From the IMG/VR virus record IMGVR_UViG_3300029922_000039: a stretch of DNA of 64,000 bases; one strand, given 5' to 3'. Made by a program: the position numbers and the translations under genes. Shown here in pieces: positions 50,701-59,292 of the stretch; the first letter of the stretch is position 1, and every line of letters begins with the position of its first letter. The notes beneath the pieces are model-generated. The model was given only the letters and a program-made list of their open reading frames with translations. It had not been told where the DNA came from and searched no databases. The stretch is from a virus.

Positions 50701-53700
50701 GAGCCCTTTGAGACTTCTCCCGGCTTGCCCTGCAAATGATGCAACGATGCCGCGGCGTCTTCCAGTCGGGTCAACATGCGCACTGCGTCGGAGTTCATCG
50801 ACGCCAGATTCCAGTTCTCCCCGGCGTTCCGCATCTTGACGAAGAAGATTCCGGCGCGCGTCAGGCTGTTCTTCGTGGACGGGCTGATCCCTTCGAGTGA
50901 GGTGGGGTCGCTGACTGTGAGGCCGACCAGCATGTTCTCGAAAAGGCTCTTGGCCTTATCCGTCAGATCGCCCTTGTCGTCTCCTGTCTGGATCACGTAC
51001 TCGGCCAATTGGTTCGGCGCAATGATGCCGGAATCCACCATCAACTGAGCGATATCGGCGGAGCGCGCGCGCATCGCCTGCCGCGCTGTGAGTGTGCGGG
51101 TCTTGCCTGTCTTCTTGTCTACTTCGGTGCTGGGCATTGAGCTGACGATGTTATCCAGGCGGTCGAGGTAGTCCGTCGTGAGCAGCCGCGACATAGCCGC
51201 GCCCATTTCCACTTCATTGATTCCGTAGGCAGGGGGGCGGTTGAGGTCCAGACCAAGCATCGACCACTGGTGTTCGTCTACCGGCGCATCGATGCGCTTC
51301 ATCAGGATAGGGTTCCGGTACTTTTCAATCTCGGCTGGGTCGATCCCGAGCGACTGCGCGCGGCGCAACAGTTCATCGCGGTAGCGCGCGTATTCCTTGG
51401 GGTTCTTGATGAGAGCGGTCAGGATCGAGAGCGTGCGCCCGTTGCCGGAAATGACGTGGCCGCTCTGGTCGATGATGCCAGGACCCTCCATTGTCGTCAC
51501 GCCATTGCTGAGAACCTGGTCGAGATCGAGATTGGAGACACGTTCCTCCACGCCAGTCTGAGCCTGCTTATCGCTCTTGTAATCGCGCGGTTGCCCATTC
51601 TGGTTGTATCCATCCCGGTACTCATAGGTCATCGGCATGTGCGAAGTCTGCGCGTCTGTGGCCTCCATCACAACATAGTGTGACGGGATACCTTCCCTGT
51701 TCTGAGGCGACACAACACGGGTAGCGCCGCCGATCGACATTGGGTACGCCGGGGTGGCCGCTGGTGGAGGGGGTGGCGGATTGATAACCGACTGAGCGCC
51801 AGCCACCACTGCATCCGCCTTCTTTTGTGATTCATCTGCTGCTGCTTGAGCAGCTTCGGCTTGCGCCGTGTTTCCCCCAGCCCTTAAATTCTCTGCCGCG
51901 TTTTGCAGGTCGTGCGCCTGATCGGTAAACTCGATCACCTGCTTTGCGGCTTTCTCGCGCGCTCCCTCGATATCCACATGGAAGGACGCGGCGGTGTCGT
52001 CGGCAATCTTCCGGGCAACATGCTCAGATGCGGCGGCGCGGACACGCTGCATCCGTCCAATAAAATCCCGCATCTTCGGCGTGCGAAGATCGTTGCGTGT
52101 GTCCTTTACGGTCTTCTCGATTTTGAACAGGTCGTCCATGCTGTCAACGGGACCAAGGCCCAGGTCGCGGGCATCCTGAGTCAAGCCGGCGGTGGCCTCG
52201 ACAATCGGGCGAAGGTTCTGCGGACCCTCCGGCGACTGCGCCTCAGTCATCAAGCCTGTCAGTTCTGCCCTGTGCTTCGCTGCGGCGTCAGCCGCCATAT
52301 TGGTAGCCAGATCAGTTTCCATGTCCCGCTGGATCTGGTCGCGGTACTCCATCAGCATCTGGGCTTGCTGCCGGCTCCGCAACTGGTCCTCGATGTTTGC
52401 GAGGTCGATGTGCTGTCCAGAGGCAATGCGCTCCGAAAGGTCTGGAGTCAGGAATGCCTTCAACTTCTCCGGTTTGGCGCGTAGGTAGTCGGCCAGCACC
52501 GCGCTGCGGTCTTCTGGCGCCAGCGAGTCCCATGACTTGCCCATGGACTTCTCGGTGTGTTCGTTCAGATCGCGGTGCGTGGCCGGGTCTGCCTGGAGAG
52601 CGGAGTCCATGTTTGTCCGAGCAATGATGAGCTTGGCCAGGCCAGAGTGGAAGTCCGCGCCGGGCGCCAATGGCTGCTCATTGCCGGTAGAGTGCCGTTC
52701 CAGATAACGCTTCGACGCTGCATCGACCATCGCTGCATCTCGCACGCGGTCGGCATGATCCTGATAGGCGGGGGTATCGCGGAACGCCTGCCATGCTTCG
52801 GGATGGAACCGCTCAAGCCAGCGCGCGGCGACGGTCTGCCGGGAGAGGGGAAGCATCGAGAACGAGGTCTTGAATCGATCTTCTGTGAGTTCCTGAACCT
52901 TGGACTCGGCGGCGGCAACTTCCGGGGCTGGGGCAGGCAATGGCTCCCCGGCGGCAGTGCGGCGCTCGACTACGGGAATGGCGGTTGACTCTGCCGTCTC
53001 TGGCTCATACCGCTGGCCGGGTTCGCGCTCGGTGGTCTGCTTGAGACCGCGTGTAGTCTGTCCCGACCGACCCTCTTCAACGGGAACTGCCGGAGCCTCT
53101 ACCGCGGCTTGTTTGGCGGCCTCGGCGCGGTCCTTCTCGCCCTGTACCTTGGAGGCAGTCACCTTGTCTTCGGCGGCCTTCCGAGCGGCAGACTCGCGCT
53201 GCATGGCTTCGTGCTGTGCGGCGGCGCGGCGCGCCTTGGCGACAAGGGTTTTCCGAACAAGAGCCTTTGCTGCTTCAAGGCGTTCCGCGGTGACGCGAGT
53301 CCCGAGTCCAGCATCTACTGGTGATTCATCTGGGGATATTTCTATCCCTCCGGCGGTATTCTTCTTTACCTTCTCGCCTAGCGGAGACTTGCCATACTTG
53401 GCCCTGATACGCTTGACTTCCGCATCCACCTTCTTCTTGAATTCAGGATCGGCATCTTCCATCGACCGATACAGAACATCTGCCTTCTGCTCATCGGTCA
53501 ACTTTACGAACGGCTTCTTGTAGAGGTCTTCCGAAGGCTTATTGAAGTCCCAGGTGCGAACGCGGTCCTTGACGGCTTCCGACCCGGCGTGCCCGTAGTG
53601 CATCCCTACAACGACAAGAGCGTTGCCGAACAGATCGCCCCACTTCTCCGCAGAGTCACCTTCTCCTGTTGCCGAAGACGCCGACGCATCGGCCACGCCA

Positions 53701-54500
53701 GAAACACCACTAGAGATCAACTGCCCCTGATACGACATGCCAACCGCCTTGCCGATTTGGCCCGGCATGAGGGGTATCGTGGCGAGGGTGTACAGGTTCT
53801 CAATGCTTGTCTGGTTCTCGATGGCCTTGACTGCGTGAGTGGCGAAACGAGATCCCCAGTTCTTGCTATTCGGATCAAATAGCGACTGGAAAGCCTTCGT
53901 TCCGGTTACGTTCAAGCGCGCCTTGCCTGCCGACTCTATCGTTTCGAGGGCCTGCTTGGCGTACTTGTCACCCTTGGCGGCCTGCTCCTGAGTGGCCTGC
54001 ATCACCACATCTTGAACTTCTTTGTCTGCCGGATTCGGAACTCCAGAAGTTGCCGTGCCGCCGCCGAACAGCAATCCCCCCATGAACCCAGGGAATGACT
54101 TGACGATATCTTTGGCGTCCTTCCAGTTGGGCTTAGGAGCGTTTGCCTTCGCGTTCTCCCACCACGACGGTTCGTGTACGGTCGATGGGGCCGCGTGAAA
54201 GTCGTCGATCCACTTCTGCGCGTCATCCTTGTTGGCGAAGTCCATGCCAGACCCGCGCACCTTACTGAACGGGACATGATAGGTCTTGTCGCCACGGCGC
54301 ATGGCGTAGGTGCCTTCGCCTTGTCCGGTGCTGGGGTCGATGGGGTTGTCTTCGACGGTAGAGAGATGATCGACAGGAGGAGTGGGAGCTTCGGCCGGCT
54401 TCGTATCGACAACTGCCCAAGGGTCGCTCGGCGGCTGCTTAGTGGCAGTCGGCGGAGGTGCTGGCGTCGTGCTGACAACTGCCCATGGATCCTGAGCCAT
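44781..54500 (-). CDS. giant multi-domain (polyvalent-type) virion protein: ParB-like segment, HExxH metallopeptidase motif, SF2 helicase
   Basis: 3239-codon uninterrupted ORF. QPRDY...SGNGRTLSIL, HEMAH, GAGTGKT, DESS and QATSRTDRYGRQ motifs. Its start overlaps the upstream stop (TAATG). Confidence 0.8.
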   Translation of the reverse strand: MAQDPWAVVSTTPAPPPTATKQPPSDPWAVVDTKPAEAPTPPVDHLSTVEDNPIDPSTGQGEGTYAMRRGDKTYHVPFSKVRGSGMDFANKDDAQKWIDDFHAAPSTVHEPSWWENAKANAPKPNWKDAKDIVKSFPGFMGGLLFGGGTATSGVPNPADKEVQDVVMQATQEQAAKGDKYAKQALETIESAGKARLNVTGTKAFQSLFDPNSKNWGSRFATHAVKAIENQTSIENLYTLATIPLMPGQIGKAVGMSYQGQLISSGVSGVADASASSATGEGDSAEKWGDLFGNALVVVGMHYGHAGSEAVKDRVRTWDFNKPSEDLYKKPFVKLTDEQKADVLYRSMEDADPEFKKKVDAEVKRIRAKYGKSPLGEKVKKNTAGGIEISPDESPVDAGLGTRVTAERLEAAKALVRKTLVAKARRAAAQHEAMQRESAARKAAEDKVTASKVQGEKDRAEAAKQAAVEAPAVPVEEGRSGQTTRGLKQTTEREPGQRYEPETAESTAIPVVERRTAAGEPLPAPAPEVAAAESKVQELTEDRFKTSFSMLPLSRQTVAARWLERFHPEAWQAFRDTPAYQDHADRVRDAAMVDAASKRYLERHSTGNEQPLAPGADFHSGLAKLIIARTNMDSALQADPATHRDLNEHTEKSMGKSWDSLAPEDRSAVLADYLRAKPEKLKAFLTPDLSERIASGQHIDLANIEDQLRSRQQAQMLMEYRDQIQRDMETDLATNMAADAAAKHRAELTGLMTEAQSPEGPQNLRPIVEATAGLTQDARDLGLGPVDSMDDLFKIEKTVKDTRNDLRTPKMRDFIGRMQRVRAAASEHVARKIADDTAASFHVDIEGAREKAAKQVIEFTDQAHDLQNAAENLRAGGNTAQAEAAQAAADESQKKADAVVAGAQSVINPPPPPPAATPAYPMSIGGATRVVSPQNREGIPSHYVVMEATDAQTSHMPMTYEYRDGYNQNGQPRDYKSDKQAQTGVEERVSNLDLDQVLSNGVTTMEGPGIIDQSGHVISGNGRTLSILTALIKNPKEYARYRDELLRRAQSLGIDPAEIEKYRNPILMKRIDAPVDEHQWSMLGLDLNRPPAYGINEVEMGAAMSRLLTTDYLDRLDNIVSSMPSTEVDKKTGKTRTLTARQAMRARSADIAQLMVDSGIIAPNQLAEYVIQTGDDKGDLTDKAKSLFENMLVGLTVSDPTSLEGISPSTKNSLTRAGIFFVKMRNAGENWNLASMNSDAVRMLTRLEDAAASLHHLQGKPGEVSKGSGRDSLIEKGLHPERYQGKKDTGVQGDLDITDFDGQSLHKPVHAGVEALAMALEESPAKYTEMLAKYADRATGVQASMFGAEHPADVFTDEIASKYGLNVIPEEWGSVAGLSDAMKTVIEDARGELPVEVPVSHETVIADTAPDSSSVEVALPEGPRTVQDLRRALESHPNLSPEEAAAVGDMMEHILPQALGMKLEELLGNRRLTIAFGGKEKGGQRGYTQILEDGRAIIRLCDTADTSTFIHEMAHYVRQYLSPADQSVANAFVGAKPGEEWTEKQEELFAQAFERYHYDGGIRRGKLEKVFATLSRSMQSVYNAVTGKKLAQGSPELKAMFDNWYDWTRTERKPLTTRLDVDAIEKMGKQAMDTGSVEVPRDAKVIRSGPKPGDNSKVIHKQNMADALDVIEERGADIKGWEILQVRGEQQVYLRIQMKRGKKLFQPSLSEMVDLSRRAKSLEDELKREQDPRRQALLRGQLNGIEDKLRGATGIIGSKPEPKDTSVIQLVHGLSEMPTQNEPTTPAQAATVQQVMGDPTAIALGGENARSRSVSHGTSGVREPGDAGEVHGGAGSADREHAAPGGSRTSGRGAIAKPAADPLAKVKAAKLQSPERPRGTPVVDPDKWRGHVEDLGLPKGTPPPTQRLATDLRDLLIFPGQPEVADGVISALQQYDATILASGAGTGKTFLGSALCSHLLGTSGDKVGLWVTRSQNLIHEADGLKDVARRFGVDVNDLPSNMEEMQTGMYAATYAGIRGNRSVLSVPWDFVLFDESSEARKWTDSEQGKAVIMLGHAAKKVIYSSATPYSTTLEIGYMHKLGLWPHGGFTGWASQFGLVESGPNSYSGGSAPRKLEKLRQQLIERGQWQQLHKDMEGTEAHVVLVPQTEEVRAGVRSIRKAFTMARAAFQRNKMSSLIKAAAGHEAIYLKRYLEAAKLPHAIELAAKAIKDGWSPVLFTEYRSAAEEGMDFINRLPGDLGKQINAMLPPLPDMVKAMRAQFGDKIGIFAGDANQLRAEELEGFQSGEKDALYATYAAGGVGASAHDKVGNKPRMGIFITPPWSSIMLEQATSRTDRYGRQSGVANIFLTTDALPEIKLLGTKVLPRMRALKAAVYGERNETQLSKNLREAAGIPEEMLEYDQGNEYAPEAADFERTTDEAKFTPISEFEIPDAKKAMHQPMKYKGQGKKLYQGPKDEDPEAHLNSLAQSAWEDMMGRTKSLPAEQSQAIAAHQGAFQAEAQHAGRAAKAAGENPKEAIDRRTRDLENDALLWFDGMKGTGRSAAHLVKSSLWMFGMSGDRAVEQICRDAGHEKMGMELKRRLIDYDIRSGNYRGEFGGMVEEIISKNKLTPNDLRTVSKVVEGQETTTDPRIDKAVTEFRKFTATVRKRLADAGMAVVFYDEKGKRSDVPYSKIADDPRYWPRIYNWEEKFIITDAKGDKVVASLGDIMRMPKGDERREALIEKVAEQKGISKIKAQLFFDKNARGIRLAGNVERAREFEIPMYGRDRKVLDRYVNEISEKLASAEVHGQFREKTDPLIDALPDSRTRSMVNHIITSDLDPARLHDSDRIALRWANRWLILSKMHLSPIKLPLHLAKTVLATNTRSLAESFIRSAINPREMRKNAVDCGAMVNYIKQAWMREYGMNGGGWDQKMLDYNGFTAIMNWSRVVASGAGRLWFEKYAYPELVKDPKSAVLRRKLTDLYGFTDEQMDNMATKGYGPEDVRRMELAAANWTTGSGRPSELPMAARNQLSDPPIFQRLTTLMRIAQSLHGFMFKTANLVNRTVWQELYKSDYKSAEPYKLIGRFSASFGLAGYALSELLHLRHQMSGSPEAAMEDRKKKWLEEHPVSKEALFNALHYISMGMGVETLTQLFNELATHDPKDAQKLVQQSRVTNSMVQIVVGVAVTDAYNAVKAAGEVGATYMDTGHHKQTPEERRANIVKQTVNEEVPISRYVPGLKPKKVAPSFPGRRHRMTSVLQ
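50294..50312 (+). repeat. copy 4 of the hairpin motif (CGGTCTC ATGT GAGACTGG)
   Basis: Inside the giant gene. The G-T position is compatible with wobble pairing on the plus strand. Confidence 0.5.
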
Positions 54501-56884
54501 TACCTTTCAGCCTTTCCGGTTTTCAAATAGTCCTGCATCTTTTTCAAGAGTCCGATCTGTTTTGGAGAATACATTGTATTTCCAGAATCCGCTTGGCCTT
54601 TCTTGCCATCCCCTTCATTCGTTATCCACCCTCTGATATATGCGTCATAGGTTGGACCGTTCCGGTCTTTGGAGCCGTTCACATCGTCCCACCATGTATC
54701 GTGTCGCTCCTGTCGTTTAAGTTCCTGAGGGGTAAAATTCTGCATGAATTCGTTGCGTAAACGACTCCAATATGGATCGCTTCCCATGCCGTGCATCAAA
54801 TCGCCATAAATGGCCTGCTTTAAGAGCGATGGGTTGGATTTTAGTTTGTCGTCATAGATTTCAAGGACATTCTTACCCGGTATAGGCGAAGGGAAATCCT
54901 TCATGCCCGCTTCGGTTGGCGACCAAAACTCTAGCCCACCTCTTTCTTTAAGGCCGCGTTCGGCGCGCTTTCCAGTGGCGAATACAACAGACGTGTTACC
55001 TGCGTTGAAATTTTTGGCAAGTCCAGGGTATTCCTGAAGCACTTCATGTAAAACAGGGTTTATAGCTTGTTTACTCTCATGGCTAGGGAACCTCCTTCGG
55101 TCTGTTTCCTGCCTCTCCGGGCCGACCTGCACGGGTTTTCCATTCCGTAATGTCCATTGCTGCCCATTAGCAAAGGTCGTTATATTGCCATCGCGGAGAT
55201 GTTTAACCGCCTCAGGAGGCAAAGCACCCGCACCCCCCGGAGACGAGGCCGGGGGAGCAGGCGTTGCGGCTGCCTGTGGCGATACAGGCGCAGTGCCGCT
55301 TCCCGTTGGGGCTGCCGGTCCAAACAGAGGGGCCATACGGCTTGCTGCCGCGCGCCTCGATTCCGGTGTCAGCGCCGTTTCTTTCGGACCACTTACCACG
55401 GCCCTGATTTGAGTCTGAAGATCGCGCTCTAGGTTCTTGAGTTGGTCTTCCGTCACACCCCCAGAATATTTTCCATGGCTGTCTGGCTTCCCGACTTGCC
55501 CGCGATTGTGATACTGATACCCGTTATCGCCCTGGCCAACGATATTCGCCAGCGCATCGTCTAGGGTGGGCATCGTCTTGTACTGCGGCAATCCCCGCAG
55601 ACGGTCGATCGCCGCCGTCAGAACGTCGTTGTCGAACTGCTTTGGATCAGAGACGGCATTGTGGGCAATGACCCCGGCCTGCTGCTGCCCGGCGCCCTCC
55701 ACCTTGCGATGAGCCAACGACTCGCGCTCGTCCTCCGGCATGTCTGGGTATTCTTCTTTGTAATAGGCAAGAGCCTTCTGATACGAACCCTCCATGCCTT
55801 TGCCGCCACCAGCGCCCGTGCCTGCCTTCGGAGGCGCACCCAAACGATGGCCGCGCGCGGTCTCTTCAGCCGTCCACTGCTCGAATGATCCCTTGTATCC
55901 ACCCTTGACGGCCGTATCGTAGTCAGTACGCTTTTCTTCCGTTGGCGTAGGTGCTTTCTGCGCAGGCTGCCAACCTTCCGGCTCATTGCCGGGAGTGTAG
56001 TATTCCTGGCTTTTGCTGTCTGGCGACTGGTAGAGATGAGCCGCCCCTGTACCGCGCCGCTGCGATTCGTCCATAATCCGACGCGCAGAATTGTATTGGT
56101 CGACAACTTCTTTCTGCGCCGGAGTCCTGTTCGCTTCCGGGATCTTCTCGTATTCCGAAGCCTGCCCGCCCAACTTGTATACCGTGCCCTGAGCATCGGT
56201 TACGGCCTTCTTGACGGAAATTTCTGCGGATTCAAGATCTGCGCCGGCTACTTGGTTCTGCGTTCCCTGCTGCTGCGCCTTGCGCCTCTGTTGCGCCTCT
56301 GGAGTATTCAGCATGGCGATCTGTCCGTATACCGGAGGGCCAGCCTGCTTGGCTACCTGATACCACGCCTGAGCCTTCTCGTAGGGCGTCGAGTTCGGGT
56401 TCGTCAGAACCGCCTGCGGAGGAAGTTGGGGCTGATTCTTCTTCCCCTTGCCCTTCTTCTCGCCGTTCATCTGCTCGATATGCTGGCCGTAGAAGTCTTG
56501 CAGAGCCCCCCACGATCCATCCACAGAGGACTTGGCTGCTTTGTACGAATCCGAGCCGGGGTCCACCCCGGCCTGCGTCAACTGGTAAAGCCGCACCGCA
56601 TCCTGGTTGTAGGAGTTCTGGAGGTCGTCCGACTTCTTTTTGAGCTTCATCACCTGCGCCGCCTGGTGATAGGCCCGGCCCTGCATGAAGCCGCGGAGAA
56701 TGCCATCGGCGACCGTAGCGATCGCTCCCGACTTCTTCACCGCACCATTGATCTCTGGACCCTGCTGCGGGAGTGGAGACGGCATCGCCTGGACAGGTTC
56801 TGGCATGACCGGGGCCTGATACGGTGCCGGGTTCGACGGGTCGTATGCTTGGAACTTTCCGGGATTTTCTTGCCCTGTAGCCAT
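54500..56884 (-). CDS. large virion-associated protein of unknown function (794 aa)
   Basis: SD GGAGAGG. Pro/Gln-rich N-terminus. Directly coupled to the giant gene. Confidence 0.6.
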   Translation of the reverse strand: MATGQENPGKFQAYDPSNPAPYQAPVMPEPVQAMPSPLPQQGPEINGAVKKSGAIATVADGILRGFMQGRAYHQAAQVMKLKKKSDDLQNSYNQDAVRLYQLTQAGVDPGSDSYKAAKSSVDGSWGALQDFYGQHIEQMNGEKKGKGKKNQPQLPPQAVLTNPNSTPYEKAQAWYQVAKQAGPPVYGQIAMLNTPEAQQRRKAQQQGTQNQVAGADLESAEISVKKAVTDAQGTVYKLGGQASEYEKIPEANRTPAQKEVVDQYNSARRIMDESQRRGTGAAHLYQSPDSKSQEYYTPGNEPEGWQPAQKAPTPTEEKRTDYDTAVKGGYKGSFEQWTAEETARGHRLGAPPKAGTGAGGGKGMEGSYQKALAYYKEEYPDMPEDERESLAHRKVEGAGQQQAGVIAHNAVSDPKQFDNDVLTAAIDRLRGLPQYKTMPTLDDALANIVGQGDNGYQYHNRGQVGKPDSHGKYSGGVTEDQLKNLERDLQTQIRAVVSGPKETALTPESRRAAASRMAPLFGPAAPTGSGTAPVSPQAAATPAPPASSPGGAGALPPEAVKHLRDGNITTFANGQQWTLRNGKPVQVGPERQETDRRRFPSHESKQAINPVLHEVLQEYPGLAKNFNAGNTSVVFATGKRAERGLKERGGLEFWSPTEAGMKDFPSPIPGKNVLEIYDDKLKSNPSLLKQAIYGDLMHGMGSDPYWSRLRNEFMQNFTPQELKRQERHDTWWDDVNGSKDRNGPTYDAYIRGWITNEGDGKKGQADSGNTMYSPKQIGLLKKMQDYLKTGKAER

Positions 56885-56899
56885 TGCGCTTCGCCTCTC

Positions 56900-56998
56900 C
56901 TACAAACTCAGGTCAGATACTCCAACCCCACTCACATCCAACTGCATAGGCTGAACAGTACCCGCTGACATAAGGCCGGAAAACGTGGATGGGTCCAT
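56900..56998 (-). CDS. small hypothetical protein (32 aa)
   Basis: ATG preceded by GCGGGGGCGGC. Below the track cut-off. Confidence 0.25.
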   Translation of the reverse strand: MDPSTFSGLMSAGTVQPMQLDVSGVGVSDLSL

Positions 56999-57017
56999 GC
57001 CGCCCCCGCTAGGCTTG

Positions 57018-57578
57018 TCAAGCAAACGCTGCTCCCACGGTAGCAGCATCGCTACCGAGAGAGGTCAGCGCACCCAACTGAGCACCTTTCTGTTGGATTT
57101 GCTGGCTCCCTAGTTGCCCGAGTCCCTGATTCGCAGAGTTATACCCAGAAATGGCCGTACTGGCAGATGAGATTGATTCACCTGTTCCTTGACCGGCGAG
57201 TTGGGCGAGAGCATTGTAGCTGCCCGTTACTGCGCCAGACGTGATATCCCCGATTTTCGCCCCTTGCGCCACGTCCGCCTGCTCCAGAGCGAGATTCTTC
57301 TCGCCTCCAGACGGCGCAGTATTCATGATGTTCTGCTTGGCGCCAGCCGTGGCTGCTGAAATCTGCTGCGCCTGCGGGGCAACGGCACGAGCGATAGCAT
57401 ACGGGTCGCCCGAAGCAAGCGTTTGATACTGATTCTCGGCAGCGACGAAGCCAGGGTTTGACTCATTGAAGAGGGTGTTTGCGTTTTGATTTTGTTGCTG
57501 CGCAATGGCTACAAGGGCGCTACTATTGTCGGCCTCTTGTTGCTGCACGCTGCTGGACAAACCGCTGGATTTTCCCAC
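57018..57578 (-). CDS. Gln/Ala/Gly/Ser-rich protein (internal-virion-protein-like composition)
   Basis: GTG start preceded by AGGAGTG. 186 aa. Confidence 0.5.
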   Translation of the reverse strand: MGKSSGLSSSVQQQEADNSSALVAIAQQQNQNANTLFNESNPGFVAAENQYQTLASGDPYAIARAVAPQAQQISAATAGAKQNIMNTAPSGGEKNLALEQADVAQGAKIGDITSGAVTGSYNALAQLAGQGTGESISSASTAISGYNSANQGLGQLGSQQIQQKGAQLGALTSLGSDAATVGAAFA

Positions 57579-57645
57579 GCCACCACACTCCTACCGGGCA
57601 TGGTATCAGCAAGCGGAGGAAACTACAGGGATTTGGGAGGGATTT

Positions 57646-58452
57646 TTACAACCAAGAAAGAGGGAGTTCCGGCTGCGGCTTGTCCTTGGCTTCTTCTTCG
57701 GTGCGCGCCTTTGCAGCGGCCCAGTCGATCTCGGCCATCTTCTTGGCCCATAAGTCGTCGTCGATCGCCTCGGTAGGCACTTCCGGCTCCACCTCGACAG
57801 GCTCCGCGTTCTCCCTGCGCCACTGCTCCAGGAGGAAGTCCTCGACGCACTTCTCGAAGTCCTCGCGAGTCAAGATGGAGACCACCATCGACACGAGCTT
57901 CGATCCACGCAACTGAAAGCGGGGAATCTCACCACAGTCCTTGAAGCCAAAGCGCCCCATGTACTTCGCGGTGAGCGTGTTGTCGGCGTATCGATTACCG
58001 ATGATGGCCTGAAGGTCGAACTCTTTGATCAGGTAGGCCAGCCCGAGCATGGTCACGATCTTCTGTTCTTCTGATCCCCAGTATTCGCGGAAAAACCCAT
58101 ACCCAGCGATCATAGAACGCTCGGTGTTCGCAGTGCCCACGGTCACCGTATTGAAGGCGAACCCCATCTCGACGAAGTTGTCACCCTCCCACTTGCCGAG
58201 AATGAGCAGAACGGCCCGGCTGGCGAGGTAGGTGATGATCGAGTTGAAGTCGGAGGCGGGATTCCCGCCGAATGTTGCGGTCAGAATCCCATCTCCGGAG
58301 CGGCGCTTCGATTCCCGGCAGCGGCGGTACAAGGTCGCCAAATAGTCGTCGGGAAACAGTTCTGTGCGCGTCTTGTCGTAGCGCACTACGGCGAGGTCGC
58401 CCATGCGGTAACCGTCTTCTCGAAGCGCCGCCAGTACGTCTACTTCGCTCAT
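57646..58452 (-). CDS. GNAT (RimJ/RimL-like) acetyltransferase-fold protein with an acidic C-terminal tail
   Basis: IAGYGFFREYWGS...LQAIIGNRYADNTLTAKYMGRFGFKDCGEIPRF follows the GNAT core pattern. Confidence 0.5.
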   Translation of the reverse strand: MSEVDVLAALREDGYRMGDLAVVRYDKTRTELFPDDYLATLYRRCRESKRRSGDGILTATFGGNPASDFNSIITYLASRAVLLILGKWEGDNFVEMGFAFNTVTVGTANTERSMIAGYGFFREYWGSEEQKIVTMLGLAYLIKEFDLQAIIGNRYADNTLTAKYMGRFGFKDCGEIPRFQLRGSKLVSMVVSILTREDFEKCVEDFLLEQWRRENAEPVEVEPEVPTEAIDDDLWAKKMAEIDWAAAKARTEEEAKDKPQPELPLSWL

Positions 58453-58715
58453 CGGGACATTCTTTCTTTCCTGGCATCCAAGTCATCCCCGGTGGCCAGC
58501 ATCAACTGCATGTCGATCCCCCGGTGAGTCTCCAGGGCCTTCTTGTGAACCCGCTCTGCGTCGTGTTGGGATACTTTCCCCACCATCGACGCCAGTGAAG
58601 CAATCTGCGCGTCTAGTCGGCGTTCCATCTCGGCGCACCATTCGGGGAACTTCGGGGAGGAGACCATCGCCACGATCTCATCCTGCTTCATGTCGCCGTA
58701 GGCTGGGTACGGCAT
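58449..58715 (-). CDS. hypothetical protein
   Basis: ATG at 58715 in a TAATG overlap with the upstream stop. Confidence 0.45.
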   Translation of the reverse strand: MPYPAYGDMKQDEIVAMVSSPKFPEWCAEMERRLDAQIASLASMVGKVSQHDAERVHKKALETHRGIDMQLMLATGDDLDARKERMSR

Positions 58716-58996
58716 TAGTGCCCCCGCACAACATGAGGCCCGGCGGGCTGCGGAACGGCAAGGCCGGATGCAGACGGCCCCGCATCGAACTGGTCGGCGC
58801 ACGCCTTGAGGGTGATCGCGGCATTCAACATCTGCCCGAGCGGCTGGTCGGCCACGGTGTAGCTCTCGTCCAGGATCAGCGCAGCGCCGACGTGGCTAAG
58901 AAAGCGGCTGATTGAACGAAGTGAATTCGTGAGTTGCGTCTTGGTTGGAGCGGAATTGAAGGAGATTTCCTCCAACTTCAAATCTTGAACCTGCAT
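58715..58996 (-). CDS. hypothetical protein
   Basis: ATG at 58996 preceded by GAGGAAGAAAAC. Confidence 0.45.
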   Translation of the reverse strand: MQVQDLKLEEISFNSAPTKTQLTNSLRSISRFLSHVGAALILDESYTVADQPLGQMLNAAITLKACADQFDAGPSASGLAVPQPAGPHVVRGH

Positions 58997-59022
58997 GTTT
59001 TCTTCCTCGTCTTGGCGTAGTG

Positions 59023-59063
59023 ACGCTTGCAACCACTGTACGCTTGCAGAGATAATATTGCAA
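59023..59063 (-). promoter_or_regulatory. candidate promoter (TTGCAA, 17-nt spacer, TACAGT on the minus strand) with two ACGCTTGCA motifs
   Basis: Motifs at 59023-59031 and 59040-59048. On the plus strand the same DNA also reads TTGCAA, 18-nt spacer, GATAAT. Confidence 0.45.
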
Positions 59064-59068
59064 CCGTT

Positions 59069-59290
59069 TTACGCTCCAGCGGTCTGCGCTTCCCGAACAG
59101 GACGGAGGTGGGTCTTGGGGCTGTAATCCTCGTCTCGGCTCGACAGGCGATGAATGGTGTAGTTCTCTTCGCCGTGAAACTCCAAAAACAGTTCCAGGCA
59201 TCGGGAGCACATGGGATGCTGGTTCACCAAATACACCGCAACCCGTTTCTTGCTTTTGCACCCTCTCCCATCGCATAGCCTAAGAGCCAC
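59069..59290 (-). CDS. small zinc-ribbon protein
   Basis: GTG at 59290 preceded by GGAGG. CDGRGC...CSRC. Confidence 0.45.
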   Translation of the reverse strand: MALRLCDGRGCKSKKRVAVYLVNQHPMCSRCLELFLEFHGEENYTIHRLSSRDEDYSPKTHLRPVREAQTAGA

Positions 59291-59292
59291 CG

